This document shows positions 40,065 to 50,780 of a stretch of DNA of 64,000 nucleotides, one piece after another. Each line of letters opens with the position of its first letter. Position 1 is the stretch's first letter. The notes under the pieces were generated by a model. The model was not told the origin of the DNA and searched no databases. It saw only the letters and a program-made list of their open reading frames with translations. Made by a program: the position numbers and the translations under genes. This DNA is from a bacterium (GTDB lineage Bacteria > Hinthialibacterota > Hinthialibacteria > Hinthialibacterales > Hinthialibacteraceae): NCBI GenBank assembly GCA_041946805.1, contig JBHGBC010000001.1:96001-160000 (forward strand), written 5' to 3'.

Positions 40065-41201
40065 CTACTTTTTCAGAAAATATTCAAAAAAACGGTATAG
40101 AATCTCGTTGGATTCGGGTGTGGGGTCGTGGCCCGCGCGGTTCGTCATGGCCACCCGGTTCTCGAATCCCAGCAGCCGGTTGACGGCGACGGTGTGATTC
40201 AACGCCTTCCAGCGTTCTGGCTGGTCCTCGGAGCCGCCGGATACCAGAAACGGGCGGGGGGCCATGAGCGCGTGCAGTTCGTGCAAATCGAAGCCGCCCG
40301 CGATCATTTTCTTGTACGCCCCCGTGCGGGGATTGTCGTCCGTGGGAACGCCGGGCTTCCGCTCCACGCCCCGCTCGTAACCCAGGTACCAAGGCTCCCA
40401 GTAATTCACATTCGGGCGCGTCTCGTCGAACACGATACCCGGGTCGGAGACGGCGGCGCAGGCGAATTGGCCGTACAAGCAGGCCGCGAACATCGCCCAT
40501 TTCCCGCCGTACGAATGCCCGGTGATCCCCACGCGGGCCGGATCGACGCCGGGCACGGTCACCAGGGCGTTGTAACAATTGGCGGCCGCGTAGGCCAGGG
40601 CGGACAGCGGCTGCAGGTCGGCGTTGGCTTTGCCGGGATAGTACAACGAGGCGGGCATCCCCACCGACAGCGCGGCAAATCCGCGCCTGGCCAATTGATA
40701 CCCGAAATCCCGCCGCTCCTTCCCCATTCCCGCCCCGGTCTCGGGATCGTAATACACCACGATGACCGCGGGCCACGGCGGCTGGGCGTCGGGGATCATG
40801 AGATAGCCCGGAATCGTACCGCCGTGGGGTGTGATCTCCACGGTCACTTTTTTGCGCGTGAATCCCTCGATCTTCTCCTCGCCGTGGATGGTGATGGCCG
40901 GCTTCTCGATCAGGGGCGGCCATTTTCCCATCAGGCCGTGCCAGGCATCCAGGATTTCCTGGCGGCGTTTTTGCCATTCCGCCGCGGTTTTGACCGGACG
41001 GCCGTCATAAAACCGCAGGGGAGAGCGGTAGTTCCCCAGATCGTTCGCGAATTCGGGAGGCGGGCTGAAATACGCGGCCAGCCGCTCCCACCCGGCCGCG
41101 CTTTCCTCTCCCCCAACCGCCGGAAGGCCGGAGATCGCCATAATCCCCAGCAGCGTGATTGGATAAACGGCTCGATTTAGGACGAATGCTTTCATCTCCA
41201 T
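40065..41201 (-). CDS. Exported alpha/beta-hydrolase (esterase/dienelactone-hydrolase-like)
   Basis: Signal peptide, nucleophile elbow VGITGHSYGG, LMAPRPFL and C-terminal His (AGHD). Confidence 0.8.
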   Translation of the reverse strand: MEMKAFVLNRAVYPITLLGIMAISGLPAVGGEESAAGWERLAAYFSPPPEFANDLGNYRSPLRFYDGRPVKTAAEWQKRRQEILDAWHGLMGKWPPLIEKPAITIHGEEKIEGFTRKKVTVEITPHGGTIPGYLMIPDAQPPWPAVIVVYYDPETGAGMGKERRDFGYQLARRGFAALSVGMPASLYYPGKANADLQPLSALAYAAANCYNALVTVPGVDPARVGITGHSYGGKWAMFAACLYGQFACAAVSDPGIVFDETRPNVNYWEPWYLGYERGVERKPGVPTDDNPRTGAYKKMIAGGFDLHELHALMAPRPFLVSGGSEDQPERWKALNHTVAVNRLLGFENRVAMTNRAGHDPTPESNEILYRFFEYFLKK

Positions 41202-41388
41202 TCCCCCAGGGTGGCAGGATGTGTTTTTCTATCATGATGGGCAAATCGGCGTCCGGAGGGAAGGCTGGAGGGAAGGTTTGATCTGACGCCGCGGGAAGTT
41301 CTGAGGTTTTTAAATATCGAATATTTTCTAATACGGCCGGCCCGCCGGCCCTGTTTACGGATGGCTTGAATCCTTTGTCCCCCCCTGC

Positions 41389-41814
41389 TTACCGGCTGAT
41401 CTCCCTCTCCACCTCAACCAACGTTTGGGGGGCCTGGAGGACGGCGCGCGGCAGGAGGGCTTCGATCACGCCGATGCGGAACTTGTTGGTCTGCTTGAGC
41501 GCCAACAAAAAACTGAGCCCGAAAACCAGCGTGACCGTGATCATCACGAGGGTGAACATTTTGAGGAGATAATGCTTTTCCCGGTTTCGCATCGCCTCGG
41601 CGTGATCGAGCAACGGCTCCAGACGATAGTCTCCGGCGGCTTGCGCCTGTTGGGTGATCCGCAGCAGCTCGGGGGGCACTTCCCCGGGAACCAGGGGTGG
41701 AACATAGCCCGATTCCAGTATTTTCAGCCGCCAAAGCAGCCAGGGATTCCTCGACGCCAACAGATACGCTTCCCGGCGAATATCCAGATCTTTCAGCAAA
41801 GTTGGGTCTTCCAT
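41389..41814 (-). CDS. Small hypothetical membrane protein
   Basis: AGGTG RBS; one TM helix (MFTLVMITVTLVFGLSFLLAL). Confidence 0.5.
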   Translation of the reverse strand: MEDPTLLKDLDIRREAYLLASRNPWLLWRLKILESGYVPPLVPGEVPPELLRITQQAQAAGDYRLEPLLDHAEAMRNREKHYLLKMFTLVMITVTLVFGLSFLLALKQTNKFRIGVIEALLPRAVLQAPQTLVEVEREISR

Positions 41815-41989
41815 GATTCACCTAAACATGCCATGTCCCGTTGTTGTATTTTTCCCCCCATTGTCCCTCTACATGCCGGGGGAGAGAAAAGCAGAATACT
41901 TTTTAATTTCTGGATGGATTACTTTTTCAGGATGGATTCCGCTTCGTTGATCCATCCTCCATCGATGAAAAACAAACTCTATCTATCTG

Positions 41990-42148
41990 GGTGGTCACAT
42001 CGGCCCGCCCCTCCCATAATTCCCTTACTCTAATCCTCTCCCCGAGGGAGAGGGAATTTGGGATTGATCTCATTCTCCATCCCGGCCGGGCTTTTCCGGA
42101 TAAATCCAACGCCTGACCGTGCAAGGGCACGTGGCCCCGTGCCCTTAC
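41990..42148. repeat. REP cluster: family B (42022-42054) and family D (42121-42148)
   Basis: CCCTTACTCTAATCCTCTCCCCGAGGGAGAGGG and GCAAGGGCACGTGGCCCCGTGCCCTTAC. Confidence 0.7.
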
Positions 42149-42455
42149 GATGAAGGATTTGCCATAAACTTGAATTTCCTCATCCGCAAAAAATCACTTC
42201 CCGGCAATCCCGAGGGGATTTTTTTCATCCCTATCTTTTAATTCTGTCGGAGAAAACCTCCCTGTTTTCCCCGACAGCCGCTCGCCGGCGCAGACGCGGT
42301 ATTCTAGGCCAAAATCCGAAAACGCAACCGCTGTACCAATCCGCGGCCTTACGTTCCCAATCAGGTAACTTGTTTCATTTTATAGAGTTGCTAGGATTAA
42401 GCGGGCTTCTGTTCCAAAATCGCCCAAGAGACGCGAGGGCAAAAAATTCCCTTCC

Positions 42456-43703
42456 ATGGAGACTGCTGTACAAAATTTTCCTGCCTTGCGCCCTTACCAC
42501 GAATTGTCCCGCGGCCTGGCCGGGGGGCCGGCGGGGATTTACATCCACTTCCCGTTTTGCCGCGCCAAATGCAACTACTGCGCGTTCGTCTCAGGTCCGC
42601 CCGCCTCGGACGCGGAGATGGACCGCTATCTGGACGCCCTCGTGATCCATCTCCGGCTGGGGGCGGCGGCCGCCGCCGGGCGGACGTTTTCCACCCTCTT
42701 CTTGGGCGGTGGAACACCCAGCCTGCTGGGTCCCGCCCGCCTGGCCCGGCTCTTCGAGACCGTATTCGAACACTACGCGTTCACACCGGACGCGGAAATC
42801 ACCCTGGAGGCCAATCCCGAAAGCGCCACGCGGGAACTCTTCGAGACCCTGCGCCCGCTGGGCCTCAACCGGGTTAGCCTGGGGGCGCAGTCTTTCAATC
42901 CGGTTGAACTGGCGCGGATCGGGCGTGTTCATTCCGTGGATCAGATCCACCAGGCGGTGGACAACGCGCGCGCCGCCGGCATCGGCAACCTGTCGCTCGA
43001 TTTGATCTTCGCCTGGCCGGGACAATCCGTGGAGTCGTGGCGTTCCAACCTCCGTCAGGCTCTGGCGTGCGGCGTGGACCACCTGTCCGCCTACGCCCTG
43101 ACCTACGAGGAAGGAACCCTCCTGGACCGGCTGCGGCGGGAGGGGAAAATTACTCCAGTTCTGGATGAAACGTATATAACGATGTATGATGAGACACGGG
43201 ATATTTTGTCCGCGGCGGGCTGGATCCATTACGAGATCTCCAACTGGCGCCGCCCGGGCCGCGAATGCCGCCACAACCGGATCTACTGGAACCGGGACGA
43301 ATACCTCGCATTCGGGGCGTCCGCGCACGGGATGTTCCGCGGCCTCCGCTACGGCCTGATCCAGGACACGGGCCGGTACGTCCGGACCTTGGCATCGGGC
43401 GCGTTGGAGGCCTCCGCCGAACGGGAAAACGCGTTTCTCCACCCGGACCTGCTGGCGGAATGGGTGGCGGTGACCCCGGAGGAGATGGCGTCCGATGTGA
43501 TGATCTTCGGCTTGCGCCAGACGGAGGGGATTTCTCTGCTCCAATTCGAGGAGCGTTTCGGGTATACTGTATTGGAACGGTGGGGTGCGGCCGTGCGCCG
43601 CCTGCAAGAGCGGGATCTTTTAGAACAAAATGGAGACCGGATTCGACTAACGTCCAGGGCCTACATGCTCAGCAATGAGGTGTTCGTTCATTTCCTGGAT
43701 TAA
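42456..43703 (+). CDS. hemW: Radical SAM heme chaperone HemW (HemN-like)
   Basis: Motifs IYIHFPFCRAKCNYCAF, GGGTPS, EANP, RVSLGAQSF, YEISNW and the HemW-type HNRIYW. Confidence 0.88.
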   Translation: METAVQNFPALRPYHELSRGLAGGPAGIYIHFPFCRAKCNYCAFVSGPPASDAEMDRYLDALVIHLRLGAAAAAGRTFSTLFLGGGTPSLLGPARLARLFETVFEHYAFTPDAEITLEANPESATRELFETLRPLGLNRVSLGAQSFNPVELARIGRVHSVDQIHQAVDNARAAGIGNLSLDLIFAWPGQSVESWRSNLRQALACGVDHLSAYALTYEEGTLLDRLRREGKITPVLDETYITMYDETRDILSAAGWIHYEISNWRRPGRECRHNRIYWNRDEYLAFGASAHGMFRGLRYGLIQDTGRYVRTLASGALEASAERENAFLHPDLLAEWVAVTPEEMASDVMIFGLRQTEGISLLQFEERFGYTVLERWGAAVRRLQERDLLEQNGDRIRLTSRAYMLSNEVFVHFLD

Positions 43704-43730
43704 TCATACCAGACTCAGGTCGAAACAAGC

Positions 43731-44450
43731 ATGAGACGCTTATATTATTTGGTGGCGGATAAATTGCGGTATTTCACCTGGGGGCGGTCCGTGGTCTATC
43801 ATGTCGGCCGTCACCAGCGGTTTTACGAAAACTTCGAGGCCCTCTACACGGCGCTCATCCTGGCGTTGATCATCAAATCCTTCATCCTCGAGGCCTACAA
43901 AATCCCTTCCAGTTCCATGCTCGATACGCTGCAGATCGGCGACCGCATCTTCGTCAGCAAATTCATTTACAACATCCGGGATATCAAGGTCGGCGACATC
44001 ATCGTCTTCAAGACGGAAAACATCCCCGGCCTCGATTCCGACAACAAACCCTATTACATCAAGCGGGTGGTGGGCCTGCCGGGCGACCGCATCGACATCA
44101 GCAACGGCCATATCTACCGCAACGGGCAGATGGTCACCCAGCCGGAATTTTTCCTCGAAAACGAATATTACCCCCTGCGCCGCAACGACGAAACCCACTT
44201 CGTGGTTCCCAACGGCGAGGTGTTCGTGTTCGGCGACAACAGCCGCAACAGCTGGGACAGCCGGGCGTGGGGCGGCGTGCCCCTCGAGAACGTCATGGGC
44301 AAGGCCTTCTTCCGCTACTGGCCCTTGTCCCGCATCGGCGCGATTTACGACCTGCCCCCCGAGCCGGTCCGTGAAAAAATCGCCCGCGAACGGACCTCGA
44401 ACAACCCCTCCCGCTTTTCGCCCGGCAGTGCGCAAGCCTCCGAGCAGTGA
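43731..44450 (+). CDS. lepB: Signal peptidase I
   Basis: Motifs IPSSSMLDTL.IGDRIFV.K, YIKRVVGLPGD and GDNSRNSWDSR.WG.VP. Confidence 0.95.
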   Translation: MRRLYYLVADKLRYFTWGRSVVYHVGRHQRFYENFEALYTALILALIIKSFILEAYKIPSSSMLDTLQIGDRIFVSKFIYNIRDIKVGDIIVFKTENIPGLDSDNKPYYIKRVVGLPGDRIDISNGHIYRNGQMVTQPEFFLENEYYPLRRNDETHFVVPNGEVFVFGDNSRNSWDSRAWGGVPLENVMGKAFFRYWPLSRIGAIYDLPPEPVREKIARERTSNNPSRFSPGSAQASEQ

Positions 44451-44456
44451 CGCTCC

Positions 44457-45251
44457 ATGTCTTCCACCCGACTTTTAGCCGTCGACATCGGCAACACCTC
44501 GACCGATATCGCCCTTTTTGAAGATTCCCAGCTGCGCAAACATGTTTTTCTGCCTTCCACCCCCTCCACCTACGACCGCCTTGGGCCGGTGCTGGATCCC
44601 TGGCAGGCGGAAGGCCGGCTGGACCAGGCCATCCTCGCCTCCGTCGTCCCCCCGCTGACCCCGTTGATGGTGAACCAGATCGAAAACCGCCTGGGCCTCA
44701 CGCCCATCCGGGTGGAGGATTTCAAAACCCGGCTCCTGCCGTTGCGGGTGGATTATCCCGAATCCGTGGGCGTGGACCGGGTGGTGAACTGCTACGCCGC
44801 CATCCACCTGTACGATCTTCCGGCGATCGTCATCAGCCTGGGAACCGCCACCACCTTCGAGGCGCTCTCCGCCGCGGGCGAATACCTGGGCGGGGCCATC
44901 GCGCCGGGCGTGAAAATCTCCCTGGAGGCGCTCACCTCCCGCGCCGTCCTGCTGCCTGAAATTCACCTGGAAAAACCCGGCGCCCTGGTGGCCGCCAACT
45001 CCGTCGAGCAGATCCAATCCGGCGTCTATTTTGGGGCTCTCGCCATGATCGAGGGCATGGTTATGCGCATGCAGCCGCGGTTGGGCGGCCGCGCGCGGGT
45101 GATCGGCACGGGGGGCATCAGCAGCCTGTTCGCGGGCGAAAACCTCTTCGACCATCACGAGCCGATGCTGACCTTGAAAGGCCTCGAACTCATCCACCGC
45201 CGGCATTGCTCGAATCTGGATCATCCGGCGAAAATCTCGGCGGCGCCATAA
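44457..45251 (+). CDS. coaX: Type III pantothenate kinase
   Basis: Motifs LAVDIGNT, ASVVP, VGVDR, LGTATT, GGAIAPG and IGTGG. Confidence 0.93.
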   Translation: MSSTRLLAVDIGNTSTDIALFEDSQLRKHVFLPSTPSTYDRLGPVLDPWQAEGRLDQAILASVVPPLTPLMVNQIENRLGLTPIRVEDFKTRLLPLRVDYPESVGVDRVVNCYAAIHLYDLPAIVISLGTATTFEALSAAGEYLGGAIAPGVKISLEALTSRAVLLPEIHLEKPGALVAANSVEQIQSGVYFGALAMIEGMVMRMQPRLGGRARVIGTGGISSLFAGENLFDHHEPMLTLKGLELIHRRHCSNLDHPAKISAAP

Positions 45252-45342
45252 TGAATAACCTGCATGCGCCACATGAATTCAGTGCAACGGATTGGTATGT
45301 TTCCTTTTTCATGAAAAAATGACTACCCTCCATTCCGGTTGG

Positions 45343-45422
45343 CCCTCCCCCTCTGGGAGAGGGCCAGGGTGAGGGAAGCCCGGTAAGGGCGAAATAGGTT
45401 AGCCAGGGGCAACGCCCCTGGG
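45343..45422. repeat. Composite REP cluster (family B reverse plus family C-like AGCCAGGGGCAACGCCCCTGG)
   Basis: CCCTCCCCCTCTGGGAGAGGGCCAGGGTGAGGG...AGCCAGGGGCAACGCCCCTGGG. Confidence 0.75.
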
Positions 45423-45436
45423 GTGCTGAATGAACC

Positions 45437-46918
45437 ATGAAATCTCTCCGCCCCTGGATCCTCAACTTCCTCCTTGTCTGCATGACCGTCCTGGTCTGCC
45501 TGGGGGGGATTGAACTTGCCTTCCGCCTCCGTTCGCTCTTCACGCAACCTACCGTGGCCGACAAGCAGAGGGAATTCATCGAAACACTGACCATTCCCTA
45601 CTCGTATGGCGTGGTGCGTCCCCACGCGCGGATCGCGGATTTGCGGGATTATTTCCCCACCGGCAAGAACATTCCCGGCCCGGTCCCCATCGCAACCAAC
45701 TCGTTCGGTTTGCGGATGCGCGAAATCTCCCTCGACAAGCCATCGGACACAATCCGCGTGGCAGTGATGGGGGATTCATGCACCTTCGGCTGGATGGTGC
45801 GGGAAGAGGATGCCTATCCCCGCGTGCTGGAACGGCTGTTAAACGAAAATTCCACGCGCCGCTACGAGGTGCTGAATTTCGGGGTGCCCGGCTACACCTC
45901 GTATCACGGCTGGCAACAATACCGCCGGCTGGTCAAGCCCTTCGCGCCGGATATCCTGATCCTGGCCTATGGCTTCAACGACTCGTACGAAAGCCGCTTC
46001 CCGGAACACGAATTCCATGCTCTGCTGATGGAGAATCACCTGGCCGCGGGACTCTCCGGCGCGCCCTGGTTCGTGTTCGACCACAGCCGGTTCGGAGCGT
46101 GGCTCATCGGCCGCTTCCACTCCCGCTCCCAAAACGCGGTGGATGTGGTTTATCACCAGCGTGCAGCCGCCCATATCTGGCATCCCCGGGTGAGCCGCGA
46201 GGAATACCGGCAGAACCTCACGGCCATCACCCAGGACGCCGCCCAATCCGGGGCGCGGACGATCCTCGTCAACCTGGACCTGCCCAACTCGTGGGCGCGG
46301 GACGCGCTCCCCAGCCTCGCCCAGTCCCTGGATATCCCTTGGGTGGATATCCGGGAGCAGTTCGAGCAACTCAGCGGGCATGAGGAAGAACAAAAGCGGC
46401 AGGAACTGAAACTGAAGCCTCCCGGCCCCCGCCCGGCGGCCGATCCGAACCAGCCCGCGTGGCTTTTCCGGGTGTGGATTCCGGAGGACGCGCGGACCGA
46501 ACCGGGTGTGCACTTGGTGTTCCATCATCAGGACCCCGCGAACTGGCCCCGGTATATTCCCCTCTTTGATGATGCCACGCACGGCGACGAGCAGGCGGGC
46601 GACCGGGTCTGGTCCCGCGCGCTGACGGTTGATGAACTCGAGATAGGAGAAAATACGGCGTTGGATTACATGTTTCTCAACGGCCGCCTGCCCGGTGATC
46701 CGCCCGTGTATGAAAACACCCCCAAGGCGATCCGCTTCTATCACCGCCTGGACCTGCGGGACATCCCCCCTGGCTCGGATTGGACCTCCCCCGTGCATCT
46801 CCTCGATCACCTCCCCTTCGGCCAACTCCTGATCCCCGGCGATCCCATCCACCCCAACGGGGAAGGGCATCAAGTCATCGCGGAAATGTTGGCGGAGGTG
46901 GTGAGGGGGGAGAAATAA
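45437..46918 (+). CDS. Membrane-anchored SGNH/GDSL hydrolase with an inserted Asp/Gly-motif domain
   Basis: Blocks GDS (VMGDSCTFG), NFGVPGY, YGFND and DPIHPNGEGH; insertion containing LFDDATHGDEQAGDRVWS before block V. Confidence 0.8.
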   Translation: MKSLRPWILNFLLVCMTVLVCLGGIELAFRLRSLFTQPTVADKQREFIETLTIPYSYGVVRPHARIADLRDYFPTGKNIPGPVPIATNSFGLRMREISLDKPSDTIRVAVMGDSCTFGWMVREEDAYPRVLERLLNENSTRRYEVLNFGVPGYTSYHGWQQYRRLVKPFAPDILILAYGFNDSYESRFPEHEFHALLMENHLAAGLSGAPWFVFDHSRFGAWLIGRFHSRSQNAVDVVYHQRAAAHIWHPRVSREEYRQNLTAITQDAAQSGARTILVNLDLPNSWARDALPSLAQSLDIPWVDIREQFEQLSGHEEEQKRQELKLKPPGPRPAADPNQPAWLFRVWIPEDARTEPGVHLVFHHQDPANWPRYIPLFDDATHGDEQAGDRVWSRALTVDELEIGENTALDYMFLNGRLPGDPPVYENTPKAIRFYHRLDLRDIPPGSDWTSPVHLLDHLPFGQLLIPGDPIHPNGEGHQVIAEMLAEVVRGEK

Positions 46919-46998
46919 GGTTCATCCGGTCAGTGCGTACATTTTTCGGCAAACAGCGGGTGAGATCCAATCGCGGTAACCGGAGAAATCATCACCAG

Positions 46999-47143
46999 CC
47001 CCTCTCCCTCTGGGAGAGGGCCGGGGTGCGGGAAAGCCTTCCCGCCGCGCTATGACTCCCCGGATTGTGTTTCCCCATCCCGAAATCCATATGAGTCCCC
47101 TTCAGGGACGGCTTTGAAGCAGCCCAGCGGTTCATTCCTGGGC
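46999..47143. repeat. REP cluster (family B reverse plus family C-like) between convergent genes
   Basis: CCCCTCTCCCTCTGGGAGAGGGCCGGGGTGCGGG; GTCCCCTTCAGGGAC; GCCCAGCGGTTCATTCCTGGGC. Confidence 0.7.
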
Positions 47144-47191
47144 CCAATGACTCTAGTGTCCTCACATCCCGGATGATCCAAAAAAAAGACC

Positions 47192-48184
47192 TCACCCGCC
47201 GCTCTCCACACGGATCTTCTTCCGTTTCATCTGCGTCAGCCGGTGGTGCCGCAGGCTGTCCATCATCACCGCCAGGAAGATGATGGCGCTGGTGATGAGC
47301 GGGTAGAGGTACGGGTCCGCGTTCATGATCACCAGGCCGTTCTCGACCGTCTGGATCAGCACCGCTCCCAGCACCGTTCCGGGGAACACATGGCCGCGCC
47401 CGCCGAACAAACTGGTCCCCCCCAGCACCGCCGCGGAGATGGCCGCGAACTCGCGCTGCTCCCCGAACTTGGGCGAGACCGCGCCCAGCTGGGCGACCGA
47501 GACGATCCCGCTCAAGGCCGCCAGCGCGCCGCAGATCAAATACACGCTGAACAGGACCGCCCGGGTGTCGATGCCCGCCTTTTGCGCCACATCCAGATCA
47601 TAACCGGCCGCGTAAATCCTCCGCCCGAAAGGCGTCCGTTCCAAAACGATGTACGCTCCCGCCAGGACCAGCAGAAAGATCAACACCGGCACGGGCAACC
47701 CGGCGATCCGCGCCGTCCCCACGCGCACCAGGCCGCCGGGAAGGTTCATCGCCCGCGTTTGCGAAATCCAAAGTCCCAATCCCCTGCCGATATACTGCGC
47801 CGCCAGGGTCACGATGAAAGGTATCAGCCCCATCCGAGTGATCAACCACGCATTCACGCCCCCGCACGCCAGCCCCGTGATCAGGGCCGCCGCGAGCACC
47901 CAAGGCAACGCGTAGCCGCTCAGCACCATCTTGCCCGCGATGACCGCCGAGAGGAACATGATCGATCCGATCGAGAGATCGATGCCCGCCGTGAGCAGCA
48001 CGAAGGTCATCCCAATCGCAGCGATCGCCATCGACGACGATTGGATCAGGATATTCACGAAATTGCCGAACGTCAGGAACGCTGGAGATTGATACCCGAA
48101 AAACGCCACGCCCCCCCCGGCCAGGACGATCGGGACCAGGTTTTGACACAGGAACCTCCGGATCATTTGTGGAAAGCGTGTCAC
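47192..48184 (-). CDS. Sugar ABC transporter permease (RbsC family)
   Basis: Motifs GMTFVLLTAGIDLS, PFIVTL, TPFGRRIYAAG and AAVLGGTSLFGG.G. Confidence 0.92.
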   Translation of the reverse strand: MTRFPQMIRRFLCQNLVPIVLAGGGVAFFGYQSPAFLTFGNFVNILIQSSSMAIAAIGMTFVLLTAGIDLSIGSIMFLSAVIAGKMVLSGYALPWVLAAALITGLACGGVNAWLITRMGLIPFIVTLAAQYIGRGLGLWISQTRAMNLPGGLVRVGTARIAGLPVPVLIFLLVLAGAYIVLERTPFGRRIYAAGYDLDVAQKAGIDTRAVLFSVYLICGALAALSGIVSVAQLGAVSPKFGEQREFAAISAAVLGGTSLFGGRGHVFPGTVLGAVLIQTVENGLVIMNADPYLYPLITSAIIFLAVMMDSLRHHRLTQMKRKKIRVESGG

Positions 48185-49698
48185 GTCTGCCGGTTCTCCC
48201 CCAAGGCGGCGCGGAGAATCCGCTCCCGGTCGAATTCAGGGCGCTCCAGGCATTCCTTGATCTCCCCCCGGCTCATCACCAGGATCCGGTCGCACATTCC
48301 CATCAACTCCTCGATCTCCGAGGAAATGAACAAAATGCCCACGCCCCGCCGGGTCAGTTCGTTCATGATTTTGTAGACCTCGTATTTCGCCCCCACGTCG
48401 ATGCCCCGCGTTGGCTCGTCCAGGATCATCACCGACGGGCGGATCAACAGCCACTTCGCCAGCACCGCTTTCTGCTGGTTCCCGCCGCTGAGGGTCTTCA
48501 CCGCGCGCTCCAGAGACGCGTCCGTCAGCCGCACCCCGGCCGCGGATTCCTGGACACGCGGCTTCAGCGTGCCGCTGGACAAGGGATACCAGGGCGCCGC
48601 CGTAAAACCCGGCAAGGCCGCCAGGGCGATGTTGTCCAGAGTGCTCGCTTCCATGAGCAAGCCCTCTTCACGCCGGTTTTCCGTCAGAAAAGCCAGTCCT
48701 CGCCCTATGCTTTTCCGGGGTGTGCCTCGCGAGAGAACCCGTTCACCCACCTGAATGCTTCCTTCCTTGCCGGGATCCAATCCGAACAGGATGCGCGCCA
48801 GTTCGGAACGCCCGGAACCCATCAGGCCCGATATCCCCAAAATTTCCCTCCGGCGCAGCGTGAACGAAATATCGTGAACGATCCCCGGCCGGCTGAGATG
48901 GTTCACGGCCAGCAATGGTTCTGGAAAGGGCATCACATCGCGCGGTGGATAGAGTTGATCCATGCTCCGCCCGACCATGCGCGCGATCATTGTCTCCAGG
49001 TCGAACTTTGCCCTGGGACCCTGAGCCGCCACCGCGCCGTCCCGCAGGATCACAATGTCATCGCACAGTTTCAGCACGTCTCCCAAGGCGTGGGAGATGT
49101 AAATCATCGATATCCCCCGGGCGCGCCATTGCTCGATGCGTTCGAACAGATGCCCGGTTTCGCGCGCCGTCAATGAGGTAGTAGGTTCGTCCAGGATGAG
49201 GATCCGGGCGTCCAGGTTCAGCGCCTTGGCGATTTCCACCAGCTGCCGTTCCCCTTGTGATAAGTTCTCGATCAACGTATCCGGCGGATACTGGAGGCCG
49301 ACGGATTCCAGCCGATCCCGTGTTTTGCGGGCCATGGACTGGCGGTCCACCCATGGCATCCCCAGGATTCTCCGCGTGGGGAAATCGTGAATAAACAAAT
49401 TCTCCGCGATGCTGAGGTTGGCAAAGAGATTCAATTCCTGGTGGATGAACGCGATTCCCCGCCGGTACGCATCCGCGGGGCCGCGGGGATGGAAGGGTCC
49501 GTTATCCAGGACCAACCGGCCGCCATCTGGGGGGAAAACGCCTCCCAGGATGTTCATCAGGGTGGATTTCCCCGCCCCGTTCTCTCCCACCAGGCCCAGG
49601 ATGTGTCCTTCCACCAGCGGGAAGCTCGCGCCGTGCAGCACGGGCACGCCATGGAAGCGTTTTTCAATTTGATCGAACTCCAAAATCACCCGGCTCAT
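48181..49698 (-). CDS. Sugar ABC transporter ATP-binding protein (RbsA family, two NBDs)
   Basis: Motifs GENGAGKST, IHQEL, ILDEPT, LSGGNQQK and DEPTRGIDVGAK. Start re-called at MSRVIL. Confidence 0.95.
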   Translation of the reverse strand: MSRVILEFDQIEKRFHGVPVLHGASFPLVEGHILGLVGENGAGKSTLMNILGGVFPPDGGRLVLDNGPFHPRGPADAYRRGIAFIHQELNLFANLSIAENLFIHDFPTRRILGMPWVDRQSMARKTRDRLESVGLQYPPDTLIENLSQGERQLVEIAKALNLDARILILDEPTTSLTARETGHLFERIEQWRARGISMIYISHALGDVLKLCDDIVILRDGAVAAQGPRAKFDLETMIARMVGRSMDQLYPPRDVMPFPEPLLAVNHLSRPGIVHDISFTLRRREILGISGLMGSGRSELARILFGLDPGKEGSIQVGERVLSRGTPRKSIGRGLAFLTENRREEGLLMEASTLDNIALAALPGFTAAPWYPLSSGTLKPRVQESAAGVRLTDASLERAVKTLSGGNQQKAVLAKWLLIRPSVMILDEPTRGIDVGAKYEVYKIMNELTRRGVGILFISSEIEELMGMCDRILVMSRGEIKECLERPEFDRERILRAALGENRQT

Positions 49699-49720
49699 CG
49701 TGTCCCGTGTTCCCTTCCCC

Positions 49721-50752
49721 TTACCGCCCTTCCCGAATCCGGACCCGCACGGCGTCCAGCAGCGCCGCGAAGAGGATGACACCGCCCTTCACCATCATGA
49801 TGACAAAAAACGTCAGGCCCAGCATGGTCAGCGTATTATCGATCAGTGTGATGAACAACACGCCGTACACGGTCCAGGACACCTTGCCTTTCCCGCCGAA
49901 CAGGCTGGTCCCGCCGATCACCGCCGCCCCGATTACGTCCAGCAGAATCTTATCCCCCAGCGTGGGCGAGCCGGTCTCGATCCGCGCCGTGTACAAAACC
50001 GCCGCCGCCGCCCCGCAGAGGCCGCTGAACGTGTACGCGAACCAGATCGTCCCACTCACCGGCACGCCGGAGACACGCGCAGTCTTCGGATTGTGACCCA
50101 CCGCGTACAGCCACCGTCCCAACACCGTGCAGTGGAGGAGGTAATGCCCCACTCCCGCCACCCCGGCCGCGATCCATAAGGCGTACGGGATGCCCAATAT
50201 CCCGCCCGATCCCAGCGCGTTGAACGCGGGCGGCAGGTTGAAAATGTTGCGGGACTGGGTGAACCAGATGGCGGATCCCCGGAAGAACATCATGGTGGTC
50301 AAGGTCACGATGAAGGGAGGCATGCGGAACAATGTTATAGCCGCGCCGTTCACGAGACCCATCGCCAGGCCGGTGCATCCCATCACGGCCACGCCCAATC
50401 CGGCCGCCAGGGGAGTCCCCGGTGTGTAAAACGAATTCTCCCCGGTCATCACCGCCGCGCCCATCACGCTGGCCAGGGAAATTGTGGACGTGACCGACAA
50501 ATCGATCCCCGCCGTGATCAGCACGAAAGTCTGCCCCACCGCCACGATCAACAACGGCAAGAGGTTGGAAAACAGGTTGCGTAGATTACTAACCGTGGCC
50601 AGGCTGGGCTGGATCATGACCAAAAGCAGAAAATACGCCACGCTGACGTACAGGATGAAATATTCCGGCAGCAGGAACGATTTCCACCGCTCACGCAGAG
50701 CGGCTAAGAAAACCATCGCCGGGGAGGAAGAAGGAGGATGTTTTACGTCCAT
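49721..50752 (-). CDS. Sugar ABC transporter permease (RbsC family)
   Basis: Motifs GQTFVLITAGIDLSV, PPFIVTL, GRWLYAVG.N and AAVIGGTSLFGGKG. Confidence 0.92.
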   Translation of the reverse strand: MDVKHPPSSSPAMVFLAALRERWKSFLLPEYFILYVSVAYFLLLVMIQPSLATVSNLRNLFSNLLPLLIVAVGQTFVLITAGIDLSVTSTISLASVMGAAVMTGENSFYTPGTPLAAGLGVAVMGCTGLAMGLVNGAAITLFRMPPFIVTLTTMMFFRGSAIWFTQSRNIFNLPPAFNALGSGGILGIPYALWIAAGVAGVGHYLLHCTVLGRWLYAVGHNPKTARVSGVPVSGTIWFAYTFSGLCGAAAAVLYTARIETGSPTLGDKILLDVIGAAVIGGTSLFGGKGKVSWTVYGVLFITLIDNTLTMLGLTFFVIMMVKGGVILFAALLDAVRVRIREGR

Positions 50753-50780
50753 GCGGTTGGTCTGCGTGAATCCCCCAAGT

